The notes: generated from the letters alone by a model not told the origin. Positions 12,481 through 23,854 are shown, numbered from the stretch's first letter. The stretch: 64,000 nucleotides of DNA from Octopus sinensis (GCF_006345805.1 NC_042998.1:2418001-2482000); one strand, 5' to 3'. Numbers and translations: made by a program.

Positions 12481-12994
12481 ATAATTGGATAGTGACATCT
12501 GGAGCTCTTTGTTAATAATAGGTGGTTACTCGATCAGGGCCGATCTTAGAGCTAAACAACAATACCCTGTGGAATTATTGTGGATGGTACTAATTATGAT
12601 TGTTAGTTGGCAATTGCTATTGACTGTTACGACTAACGAAGTTCTTCCTACTTCAAGAGAAATGGAGAGAAATCAGCAGACAGGTGGGAAGAACGGGACG
12701 TTGAAATTTTGAGGCAAGGGTTAGTGAATTACATCGACCCCCAATGCTCAGCTGGTACTTATTTCATCAACCTAGGAAAGATGAAAGTAGACCTCGGCGG
12801 AATTTGAGCTTTAGCACGCAAAGTGCCAGAAAAAAATTCCGCTCAGCATTTTGTCCGGCTTGCTAACGACTCTACCAGTTCGGGACCTCTACTACCACCA
12901 CCACCACTACTACTACTACTTGTCACAGGGACATTACAAAGACAGGTCAAAACACGCAGGGAGTTACATTTTTTTAAAAGATAGTAGTGGGGTG

Positions 12995-13615
12995 GGTTAC
13001 TTTTTTACTTGTTTCAGTCATGCTGGAGCACCGCCTTTAGTCGAGCAAATCAACCCCAGGACTTATTCTTTGTAAGCCTAGTACGTATTATTTTGGTCTC
13101 TTTTGTCGAACCGTTTAGTTATGGGGATGTAAGCACACCAGCATCGGTTGTCAAGCGATGGGGGGGGGTATACACAGACACACAAACACACACACACTTA
13201 TACATACACATATATACGACGGGCTTCTTTCAGTTTCCTATTTCTTTATTGCCCGCAAGGGGCTGAACATAGAGGGGACAAACAAGGACAAAGGGATTAA
13301 GTCGATTACATTGACCCCAGTTACTTAACTGGTACTTAATTTATCGACCTCGAAAGGATGAAAGGCAAAGTTGACCTAGGTGGAATTTGAACTCAGAATG
13401 TAACGGCAGATGAAATACAGCTAAGCATTTCGCCCGGTGTGCTAACGTTTCTGCTAGCTTGCTGCCTTTTCAGTTTCCATCTACCAAATCCACTCACAAG
13501 GCTGTGGTCAGCCCAAGGCTATAGTAGAAGACACTTGCCCAAGGTGCCACACAGTGGGACTGAACCCAGAACCATGTGGTTGGTAAGCAAGCTACTTACT
13601 ACACAGCCACTCCTG
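12995..13615 (-). mobile_element. CORE-type SINE interrupted by a Meta-type SINE
   Basis: Two halves of the CORE-SINE reverse complement flank the insertion. Confidence 0.85.
13239..13467 (-). mobile_element. Full-length Meta-domain-like SINE with 11-bp TSD
   Basis: TTTCAGTTTCC duplicated at 13228-13238 and 13468-13478. Confidence 0.85.
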
Positions 13616-14185
13616 CTCCAAAAGACGTTGAAGAAGATTTGACTGCTATTCCTTGTAGGTCGTATGACTACGTAAAATCAAAGAATAAATTATGATTTAT
13701 CTTCCATGGTGTTTACTCTTCCAATATATACTGTCTGTATAGCGTTGTCAAATGAGTCGGGTAGTAGTGTGGGCATTCCATACAAGCACCGTAAAAAAAA
13801 AAAAGAAAGAAAAAACACCTATACCTGTTTGCTGATAGCTTGCTGCTGCTTTTATATATTAGGTGAGAAAAATCACACATACGTGTGTGTGTGTGTGTGT
13901 TGTTCAGTCCATGCCAGTTCGTCGACCACATAGCAGATAAATATTAAATTATGATGGTGATACTCATTATGTGTGAATGTCTTTTTCTGATAGGGGCAGA
14001 GAATGTTGCAGATAATGTACTCTGATGAATGTACTCAGTACTTTATGATGAGCATAAGCTTTTCTGTGTTAATGTGTGCAGACAGGAATGTCATACATCT
14101 TGGGCAGGTACCATCTATTATAGTCCCAGGCCCACCAAAGCCTTTTAAGCAGGATTTGGTAGATGGAAAATGAAAGAAGTCTGTC

Positions 14186-14216
<31 letters not shown>

Positions 14217-14469
14217 AGTATATAAGTATGTATGTATCTATCCATCCATCTATCCCACCGTAACAGCATGGAAGGCAGGCATTAAACGATGATGTATATA
14301 GTTATGTGTGTGTGTCTGTCCTTCACCACTGCTTGGCAATTGGTGTTGGTTTGTTTACATCCCCATAATTTAGTTGTTCAGCAAAAGAGGCAGATGGAAT
14401 AAGTACTGGGATCGAGTTGTTCAACTAAACCCTTGAGGGTGCTGCACCATAGCTGCAGTCCAAAGTAAA

Positions 14470-14740
14470 CAAATCATCATCATCATCATCATCATCGTTT
14501 GTCGTCCGCTTTCCATGCTAGCATGGGTTGGACGGTTCAACTGGGGGTCTGGGAAGCCAGGAGGCTGCACCAGGCCCAATCTGATCTGGCAATGTTTCTA
14601 TGGCTGGATGCCCTTCCTAACACCAACCACTCCGTGAGTGTAGTGGGTGCTTTTTACGTGCCACCAGCACAGGTGCCAGACGGGGTTGGCAAACGGCCAC
14701 GGTCGGATGGTGCTTTTTATGTGCCACCGGCATGGAGGCC
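14470..14740 (-). mobile_element. RTE-derived bipartite element (Ceph-domain-like body, (GAT)n tail)
   Basis: (CAT)n tail, then reverse complement of GGAGTGGTTGGCGTTAGGAAGGGCATCCAGC...GTCCAACCCATGCTAGCATGG. Confidence 0.8.
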
Positions 14741-14770
14741 AAAGATGATAAATATATATATATATAGCCT

Positions 14771-15212
14771 GATTGGCACTCATGCCAGTGGAACGTTAAA
14801 AGCACATCCGAGCCAGGGCCATGGATTGGCTCCTGTGCTGGTGACACGTGAAAAGCACCATTTGAGTGTGATCATTGCTAGCATTGCTTTACCAGTACAT
14901 GTGCTGGTGGCACGTGAGAAACAACATCCAAGTGTGGCTGTTGCCAGTGCCACTGGACTGGCTCCCATGCTGGTAACATGTGAAAACACCTTTTGAGCAG
15001 GGTCATTGCCAGTACCGCCTGACTGGCCCTCATGCCAGTGGCACGTAAAAGCACCCACTACATTCTCGGAGTGGTTGGCGTTAGGAAGGGCATCCAAGTG
15101 TAGAAACTTTGCCAGACCAGATTGAGCCTGGTGCAGCCTGTGGCTCACCAGTCCTCAGTCAAACCGTCAAGCCCATGCCAGGATGGAAAGCAGACGTAAA
15201 ACGATGATGATG
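14771..15212 (+). mobile_element. RTE-derived bipartite element with five 5' tandem modules
   Basis: Five ~50-65-bp units with core GTGCC(R)GTGGCACGTAAAAGCACC precede the body and GATGATGAT tail. Confidence 0.8.
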
Positions 15213-15344
15213 ATATACACACACACACACGCACACACACTCATAGTGTTCAGTGGATAAATTGTCATCTAAATTACACAAAAATGAAAATAACACTGAC
15301 ATCTCATTTTAACGGATATATTTACCAAAATTACATAAAAATAT

Positions 15345-15399
15345 CTTGAGCAAAGCCTTGTGAGTGGATTTGGTAGACGGAAACTGAAAGAAGCCCATC

Positions 15400-15439
<40 letters not shown>

Positions 15440-15665
15440 TATGTGTGTATATGTTTGTGTGTCTGTTTGTTCCCCCCAACATCACTTGACAACCGATGTT
15501 GGTGTGTTTACGTCCCCGTAACTTAGCGGTTCAGCAAAAGATTCCGATAGAATAAGTACTAGGCTTACAAAGAATAAGTCCTGGGATCAATTTGCTCGAC
15601 TAAAGGTGGTGCTCCAGCATGGCCCACAGTAAAATGACTGAAACAAGTAAAAGAGAGTAAAAAGA
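15345..15665 (+). mobile_element. 5'-truncated CORE-type SINE
   Basis: CAAAGCCTTGTGAGTGGATTTGG...(TA)n...ATGACTGAAACAAGTAAAAGAG. Confidence 0.82.
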
Positions 15666-15753
15666 GTATATAAAACAGGATATATTTGCCCCTGTATAAA
15701 GTCCTCTAGTAACAGACACTTAAAAGCTGTAGTTTAAGTTGCCTTGGACTACT

Positions 15754-15970
15754 TTAACCCCTTAGCATTCAGATTACTCCCTCAAATATAATATTTAAAT
15801 TTGAATTAATAATGGATTGTCTCATAGCTTCGAGACTTTGATGATGTGATTGTTTATTTGTAGAATGACATTGTCAGGTAGGGCGGAGTGGCTGGAGCTG
15901 GTCAGTTTGAACATAAAGCAAACAGAATATTTTCGGTTTGATAAAGCTGATTTAAATGCTAAATGGTGAA
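15754..15970. mobile_element. TTAA MITE family A, uninterrupted copy
   Basis: TTAACCCCTTAGCATT...AAATGCTAAATGGTGAA; degenerate TIRs. Confidence 0.72.
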
Positions 15971-16265
15971 ATTTATCTTAGGAGGCTTTCTACCAGATGT
16001 GTTATGCATAAATGGTTATTAATTAGATAAGTATATGAAAAATAAAACAGCCAGTAGTAAAAATTTAAACCAAGTGATAATGTCATCACTACTAAAGTAC
16101 CAATCCCATTGCCTTTAGCTTCTATAAAATGTCAATAGCTTGCATTAGCACCAGCCACATCATTGACCCTTTTGACACCAACCTATCTGAAACCACCCTA
16201 GTTCTATGATACAAATTTCTTGATTTGAAATGATTTAAATCAAAACTTCCCATCAGAATTTCATG

Positions 16266-16492
16266 TTAACCCTTTCGTTACCAACCCGTCTGAAACGGCT
16301 CTGGTTCTGGGTACAAATACCTTGTTTTCATAAGTTTTCAGTTAAAATCTTCCACCACACCTTAGTCACAATTTATGTTCCTAACACTAGCTTAATGATA
16401 ACTAAGTTATTTTACTAAATTCTTTATTATATTTAAAGTAATTGAAAGAAACACAGAGCATCTCAAAATAAATACAGTAACGAAAGGGTTAA
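16266..16492. mobile_element. TTAA MITE family B (piggyBac-like), intact
   Basis: TTAA-CCCTTTCGTTAC...GTAACGAAAGGG-TTAA; perfect 12-bp TIRs inside duplicated TTAA. Confidence 0.88.
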
Positions 16493-16518
16493 TCCATGTT
16501 TCAAATATCAGATTAATA

Positions 16519-16703
16519 ATCCTTTCTACTGTTGGCACAAGGCCTGAAATGGGGTGGGGGTGGGGGCTTAGTCAGTTTCATCAATCCCAGTGCTCAACTG
16601 GTACTTATTTTATTGACCCCAAAAAGATGAAAAGCAAAGTCAACCCCAGTGACATTTGAACTCAGAATGTAATGATGAGCGAAATACCACTTAGCCAGCT
16701 CGC
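16519..16703 (-). mobile_element. Meta-domain-like SINE with ~11-bp TSD
   Basis: TCAGATTAATA on both flanks; body AAAGATGAAAAGCAAAGTCAACC...TTTGAACTCAG. Confidence 0.7.
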
Positions 16704-17145
16704 TCAGATTAATATTGCCAAAAGTAAAAGATTATTTTATTAAATTCTTTTGTTATTTTCAAAATTATTTGAAACAAGGGCCAGTGTATTTCACAGAAAT
16801 ATAATAACAAAAGGGGTCAAGAAAAGACCATGAAGGTCTAAATTCATTACTGGATCAATGAATCTCACTGATCCAAGCATTCATCATCATACTGGCATGT
16901 GTTGGATGGTTTGGCAGGAGCTGACTAGCTGAAGAGCTGTTCAGGCTTCCTGTCTGTTTTGGTGTGGATTCTATGGCTGGGTGCCCTTCCTAATGCCAAC
17001 CACAGAGTGCATTGGATGCTTTTTATGTAGCACCAGCACTTACAAGCCTGTGAGATTAGGGGTGCTCAGCTGGAGAGTGTTGCAAGGGATGAGCCTAACC
17101 ATGCTTTTACTTAGCTTGACATGTCATTTCAAGCACAGACAGACA

Positions 17146-17322
17146 AAGGGATTAAGTTGATTACATCGACCCCAGTGCATAACTGGTACTTAATTTATCA
17201 ATCCCGATGGATGAAAGGCAAAGTTGACCCTGGCGGAATTTGAACTCAGAACGCAACGGCAGATGAAATACTGCTAAGCATTTTGCCCGGCGTACTAACG
17301 TTTCTGCCAGCTCGCTGCCTTA
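17146..17322 (-). mobile_element. Meta-domain-like SINE, 3'-truncated
   Basis: Reverse complement of the head and body of the 37121 copy. Confidence 0.8.
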
Positions 17323-17543
17323 CCACACAGTCATCCTGCGTCTATATGTATAAACCCCATAAAGTAGGTTTATGAACAGGGCTAATTTAGCTATTTCTCC
17401 ATAGAATGAGAAAATGATGAACAACCTTAATTGATTTTTGAATCTTATTGGATTCTCATCAGACGCATCAACACCAATTTTACCAATTCTAGAGAAACAA
17501 GCTGCCATTCCGTTTCTATAGTCAACAGTTTCAGTAGCTACAG

Positions 17544-17614
17544 GAAACTGGAGCTATCAATAATTGTTTAGAAAGATTAGGCAACATGTCAAGAAACCAG
17601 GAATTGGTGTCACG
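17544..17614 (+). CDS. Candidate coding exon (phase 0-2): ETGAINNCLERLGNMSRNQELVS(R)
   Basis: Acceptor ...GTAGCTACAG, donor CG|GTAAAC, one open frame, unique-looking sequence; no homolog recognised. Confidence 0.22.
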
Positions 17615-17933
17615 GTAAACTGTAAGCATATGATACTATCAAGAAGCTATTGTTTACTAACTTGTGAACAGGAGGGAAATATGAGCTTATTCAAAGAAAT
17701 GTAAATGCGCAAATACATATACACAAAGAATGTATATCATAAAGAAGTGCATCATAAACATATGCACATGTGTGCATATGTTTAGTTTTGATTGATTAAA
17801 TCTACTCAGAATGCTTTTGGTCAATCTGAAGTTATAGCAAAAGACACTTGTTCAAGGTGCCATGCAGTGGAACTGAACCTGGAACCGTATGGTAGAGAAG
17901 TGAACTTCTCAGTCATAAACGGACAGAGTCAAG

Positions 17934-18068
17934 ACTATTGAAAAGGTTGCAAGACGCAACGAAAATTTTAGAAAATAAAGATAAGAAATAAGTGGAAATT
18001 TTACCGGTGAGTGTGTTAAATAATAAGGCACTAAAAGAGAATGACTCTCCCCAGACACAACAGAATAT
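17934..18068. mobile_element. Partial copy of the fold-back MITE at 5519-5764
   Basis: Reverse complement of its left arm plus middle. Confidence 0.72.
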
Positions 18069-20329
18069 GATTCTGATAATTTTCCCCTTATAAAAATACC
18101 GAATACAGAGGAACAAAAGTGTTGGAAATAGGGGCTGGAGGGGCACAGAGTAAACTGGTTCCATGAGAGAAAACTTACCTTTCAGTTCAGTCAGCTTTTT
18201 CTTTAATGCTTTCTAGAATGTCTGGAGTGAGTGAATAACTATTCCAGGTGTACAAATAACAGGTGAAATGTATTATATGCCTTCATTGTTAACTAGCTTT
18301 GTGTGTTGATATTATCTTGACAGAATTAGTCTCTGTCTGAAATTGAATCTTTTCAAAACGGGCTTAATAACAATTGTTAATTCTAAAGAAGTAGAATGGT
18401 ATTTAGTTTGATGATAGACTTAAGTGACACTGAAGTATATCATAGACTAAAGTCATTTGGACAAGGTCCTTAATTGTTCATTAATGAATGTTCATAATTA
18501 AAATTAACCATAAATGATGTCATTATAAGCATGTATTCACTACTGTTGGGATGTAATAACTGTAGGTTTTTTCTTTTTCTTGGACTTTATTTCTTCCTCT
18601 GTCCTTTAACTTTGATTCCATTCAAACTGTGACATTTATATGTAGTTCTATGAACTTTGAGATTCAGTAAGGGTGAGAAAGGAAAAAAAATTATATTTAT
18701 ATTTTCTGCCTCTTATATTTCAAGAAATGTCTGTTAGGTTATTTGATCATTTCACTCTTTCTCTCTGTTTTCTTTTTTGTTTTAGTAAAGCAAAGTTAAT
18801 TGCTAAACTGTTGGGGGGATCACTAGAGTCTTGTATATTTAATAAGATTTCTTGTGCAGCCTTGGATGTACAATAAAATAATGACACGTCTAAATCTGGT
18901 TTCTATTTTTGATGACATTTTGAGAAGTGAACTAAGTCAAGGTTACAAAACACATATTGTAGGCTGGCTGTTGCTTACCATTTGTTTGTTCTTAAAGCCA
19001 CAAGCAGCTTATTTTGGTGAATGCTAACTATCAAAGAACAGATTTTGAAGAAATATAAGAAATAGAAATAAATATTTGTTGAATGTATATATTTCTTATG
19101 ATTTCTTGATGGTTTTTTTTTTTAGGTTTCTGCTTCTCTTATAAAGTACAAAATGGGTACCATAATGGGTACCATCTCTAAATTACATTTACCTAAATTT
19201 AATTTGCTTTTTGTTCAATAATAAACTATTCCCTATAATGATGATATTTTTTTGGCATACAAGTTGAATTTTAAAATTTAAATCCAAAAAAGGTAGATTG
19301 ATTTATACACCAAAATGATTTTGGAGAACCAAATATTCTCTGTGAAAAGCAGCAGGATTTGGAAAGATAGTGAAAATGTTTGAATGTTTACATTACATTC
19401 TATGTCAACTTATATGCCAGAAAAGATGGTAATAAAAATAATGATTATTTCAAATTTTGGCCCAAGGAGGTTAGTCAATTACATCGACGCCAGTACTTGA
19501 TTGGTACTTTATTTTATCAATCCTGTAAAGATGAAAGGCAAAGTTAACATTGGTGCAATTTCAGCTCAGGACATAAAAAGACTGGAAAATAATGGTTTCT
19601 AAGTTCTGGGGTTAATGTAATTGATTTGCCCCTTCCTCACTTTTTTTATTAGAAATAATTATTTGGACCCAGACCTAAGTAGGTTGACCTATAAAACCAA
19701 AGATATTCAAGCTGTGACTAAATGTCTTGTTTTTGTTTCAGTCATAATGTCTCTAAAATTATGTTATGCATTGTGTCTCTTGTTTAAGACAGTAAGATGC
19801 AATATAGGAGAGATTTGGTTGTTATTTCTAGCAAGTTGAGACACCATGTAAATGCTTCCTTTGCTGGCTCACAATTACATTTTTAGCAACAGGTGAACAA
19901 GTGCTTCTCTATAAAAAGACAACAAAAATAACTGTGTGAACACAAGACCTGGAATTTTGATTTTCATAGAATTATTGAAGTTTTATATTAACGGCGGATG
20001 GTGCTCTAGTTGTACAAATGGCAATGTAAATCAGTTTGAATTTTAATCTATTTATTGTCATTAGCCAAAGTTGACTTCACAAGGGCTTGAACTCAGAATA
20101 AAAACATATTTGCTTATATATCTTTATGTTCTGAGTTCAGTTCCATTGAGCTCAGTTTTGTCTTTCAACCTTTCAGGGTTAATAAAACAAATCTGTCATT
20201 TACTGAGCTTGATATCAACTATATGATTGTCCCAAATTTGTGGCCTTTGTATATGTTAGAATTCACACATATATCATCATCATCGTTTAATGTCTGCCTT
20301 CCATGCTGGCCTGGGTTATCAAGTAACTT

Positions 20330-20800
20330 GCAAAACAAAAAATCTTTTGAGTGGTGAGGAGGCATTGGGGGAGGTGATCTTGTGTGAGATAATGAAAGGT
20401 TATAGTGAGACAGAGAGACAGAGACAGATATCTTGTTTTAAAGGAGGTACAAGGTTACCTGGCTGGAGAGAGAGATATCAGGAATGAGGAAGAAACAGGT
20501 GTGCTGCCACAAAGGAGATACGTGGTTACCCAACCTGAGGGAAGTGCAGGAGAAGGAGTGAGTGAGTGGGAGACAGCAGGATGGAGATGGTGGCAGAGTG
20601 CTGGGCATACTCACAAGGGATGGGGATCAGAATATAAATGGGATGGTTGAGTAAAAGCAGAGAGAGATATAGATGGTGGCAAATGCCAGGGCATACCTTT
20701 GAGGTTCGAAGGTCATAATGTAAGTGGCAGGATTGTTGCCAAAGAGGTGTTATTAGAAAGTGGGGAGGGGAAGTGAGTGGTGAAAACCTGGGAGTGGTAG
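20330..20800. repeat. Unclassified purine-rich dispersed repeat fragment
   Basis: Internal duplicated motif (GTGGCAGAGTGCTGGGCATAC / GTGGCAAATGCCAGGGCATAC), no ORF; recognised only as repeat-like. Confidence 0.35.
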
Positions 20801-20829
20801 GGCTACTGGAAGCAATATATATATAGCCT

Positions 20830-21089
20830 CGCCTGGCCCCCGTGCCGGTGGCATGTAAAAAGCACCATCCGTCCGTGGCCGTTTGCCAGCTCCGTCTGGC
20901 ACCTGTGTGGGTGGCACATAAAAAGCACCCACTACACTCACGGAGTGGTTGGCGTTAGGAAGGGCATCCAGTTGTAGAAACACTGCCAGATCAGACTGGG
21001 CCTGGTGCAGCCTTCTGGCTTCCCAGACCCCAGTTGAACTGTCCAACCCATGCTAGCACGGAAAGCGGATGCAAAATGATGATGATGAT
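20830..21089 (+). mobile_element. RTE-derived bipartite element with two 5' modules
   Basis: Family body and (GAT)n tail. Confidence 0.8.
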
Positions 21090-21098
21090 ATATATATA

Positions 21099-21330
21099 GG
21101 AGAGTTCATGAAAAAAAACAAAAGACGAAGACAGGTGGTGTAGAAAACAAACAGATGTATTAGTATAACGCTCAGGAATAGAAAAAGTCTTTTATGTTTC
21201 GAGTCTACGCTCTTCTACAGGAAGGGACACAGAAAAAAACACAAGGAGAGAAAAAACGTGTGTAGTGGCGACTGCTGGACAGAAGGGTCACACAGGAGAG
21301 CGAAAAAGTAGGGGGGATAAACAAAGTAAA
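21099..21330. mobile_element. Possible Penelope-like terminal fragment
   Basis: GTTTCGAGTCTACGCTCTTCTACAGG resembles the CGTTTCG...GCTCTTC motif of Penelope-like element ends. Confidence 0.4.
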
Positions 21331-21348
21331 GTATATATATATATATAT

Positions 21349-21517
21349 ACTACACTCGTGGAGTGGTTGGCGTTAGGAAGGGCATCCAGCTGTAGAAACA
21401 CTGCCAGATCAGACTGCAGCCTGGTGCAGCCCCTGGCTTCCCAGACCCCGGTCGAACCGTCCAACCCATGCTAGCGTGGAAAATGGACGTTAAACGACGA
21501 TGATGATGATGATGATA
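21349..21517 (+). mobile_element. 5'-truncated RTE-derived bipartite element
   Basis: TACACTCGTGGAGTGGTTGGCG...GTTAAACGACGATGATG. Confidence 0.8.
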
Positions 21518-22790
21518 TATATAAATAAACTATTGGTGATAGAAGCAGTATTAATACCAAAAGGCAATCTTTATGTCCAACTTATTGTTAACTAGCTTAA
21601 AAGCTGCCCAATAGAAAGGATTTTAAGCTATCTCCTGTGGAGGGCTCTTCATTGGGCCTTGGGCCCAACAATGGCACTTCGTGCTTTGAGTACATATTAA
21701 ATTTTATTAAATTTGAACAATATTTTTCAAGCAATGATATAATTTGTCAACTTGTAAAGCTGCATGATAAGCATTTTTTGGTCTTCCTATTCAGAATCAG
21801 TACAAATAGCCTGTTTCCATTCCCTACCCTTGAACAACCAACATATAGCTGGCCTCAGGCAACAATAATCTTACCTAGTTTGATCATTCTTCTGCCGCCA
21901 CTTAATTTAAAGATAATTTGATGTACATAGGGCCTTACTTTTCATACAAACAATTATTTGTAGTAGCTGGTACATATCTAAACTCCTGTTTGTAGTTGGA
22001 AGGAAAGTTACACCACTGTTGCTAAACACTATTTTAAAGTGCGAATTTTAGTAGAAGTGTCATTGAATAGTGAGAGAGGGGGTTGGAGGAGTAAAGTTGA
22101 AAAAAGTGCGACACACTGACATTAGCTTTTGCATTTATTATTATAGATGTATTGTTTGTGTTGACTACTGTGTTATTTACCTTGAGAAGATCTCTCATAT
22201 TGGACATATGGTGCATAAAAGCACACATATTTCTATTGCTGGCAGACAAGAATTGGTACTGGAACTGCCTGTTCACGGGATTTCAACATACCCTGACTCT
22301 GGTAGCTGCATAAAACCAAACCTCATTATCAGCAATATATGGAATTTCAGTGACCATTCAGGCACTGATGTTGCAAATAACCAACAGACTTATTAAAAAG
22401 TAATTTATGGTGGAAAAGTGCTAAGCAGTGATAAGTAAAATTGTAATGTTATCATCAGTCTGAATATGCCCGATGCATGTTCAAACTGGAGAACAAGCTA
22501 CTTGCTGTGTTTTGTCACGGAGAATATATCTCACTTGTTGACAAATGGTGTGTAAATGCCTGGTTCAGCTGCAATACCACCAACCTAGACTGCGAGATGC
22601 TAGCATTTCGGAATAGTTATCTCTTCATCGATCACAGACACCAGTCAGATGACACTATGAGCTGATTGAAGAGATTGCTTCTCTTATGCTTTTCCAGTCA
22701 CTGTGCAATGACTGGTAGTACTATACAGCGGCTTACCGTAAGTAATTTATGGAGGGGGAGTACTAAGCAGTAATCAGTGAAATTGCATTC

Positions 22791-23058
22791 TGACTGGCCC
22801 CTGTGCTGTGGCACGTAAAAGGGCACCATTCGAGCGTGATCATTACCAACGTCGCCTTACTGGCACCTGTGCTGGTGGCACGTAAAAGCACCCACTACAC
22901 TCTCGGAGTGGTTGGTGTTAGGAAGGGCATCCAGCTGTATAACCTCTGCCAGATCAAGATTGGAGCCTGGTGCAGCCATCTGGTTCGCCAGCCCTCAGTC
23001 AAAATCGTCCAACCCATGCTTGCATGGAAAGTGGACGTTAACCGATGATGATGATGAT
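22791..23058 (+). mobile_element. RTE-derived bipartite element inserted into a local duplicated unit
   Basis: Two 5' modules, body, (GAT)n tail; flanks rejoin to match the unit at 22398-22502. Confidence 0.8.
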
Positions 23059-23163
23059 TATCAGTCTGAATATGCCTGATGCATGTTCAAACTGGGGAAA
23101 AAGCTACTCAATTTAGCTTGTTCCTCAGTTCAAATGTGCATCAGGCATATTCGGACTGATAAT
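23059..23163. repeat. Near-perfect inverted repeat (49-bp arms, 7-nt loop)
   Basis: TTATCAGTCTGAATATGCCTGATGCA...AAGCTA-CTCAATT-TAGCTT...TGCATCAGGCATATTCGGACTGATAA. Confidence 0.85.
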
Positions 23164-23712
23164 AACATTAAAAAGTAATTATTACTGATAGATGCAGTAA
23201 TAATTTGGCTATTCTGAGCATTTATCATTATATTCTTTCAGGGCAGTTTCACTAGGTTTTCAGATAAAAGCATTTGAAGAAAGCCAACTGTAACTTCATT
23301 ACCATAAAACCTACAGTCGTTAACCGTGATAGTTCCTAAAGTAGAGTCATGAATAATTTTCTCTGCTAATTAAAACTCTTAGCATAATGTCTGTACTTCT
23401 GTTTATTTAAGCTTATTATAATTTCTCCTAAGTTCCATTGGGTACTGATAACGATTTATGGATGGTTTTAAAGTACTTTTGCTTTACTTATGAACAGCTT
23501 TTTGGCATAAATACAAGTTTTATTTATTTATTTATGCAGATGAGCTGCTGTAGTTTTTCAGCTACAACTAAGTTTTAATGGAGACTATTTAAGTTTATGC
23601 CTTCATACATAAATAGTTGAGTGTAGTCAAGTCTGTAGAATATTGGCATAGTTGCCAACAACCCTTATTTTAATTTAAAGAAAATTATTTGCAAGAATAA
23701 CTTTAAAGTAAT

Positions 23713-23724
23713 GTGTATGTGTGA

Positions 23725-23767
<43 letters not shown>

Positions 23768-23816
23768 AATATATATATATATGTGTGTGTGTGTGAATAT
23801 ATATATATGTGTGTGA

Positions 23817-23853
<37 letters not shown>

Positions 23854-23854
23854 A

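Larger units (their letters stand above)
16164..16820. mobile_element. TTAA MITE family C carrying two nested insertions
   Basis: Flanking pieces colinear with the uninterrupted copy at 45950-46178; interrupted by MITE B and a SINE. Confidence 0.65.

Noticed and set aside
14771-15055. CRISPR-like repeat-spacer appearance
   Set aside because: Eukaryotic context, degenerate repeats, no cas genes, and the array is always attached to a retroelement body; kept only as a TE-architecture finding.
22070-22396. 108-aa ORF with a plausible plus-strand acceptor near 22147
   Set aside because: No good donor, no recognisable domain, and it abuts the rearranged repeat unit.
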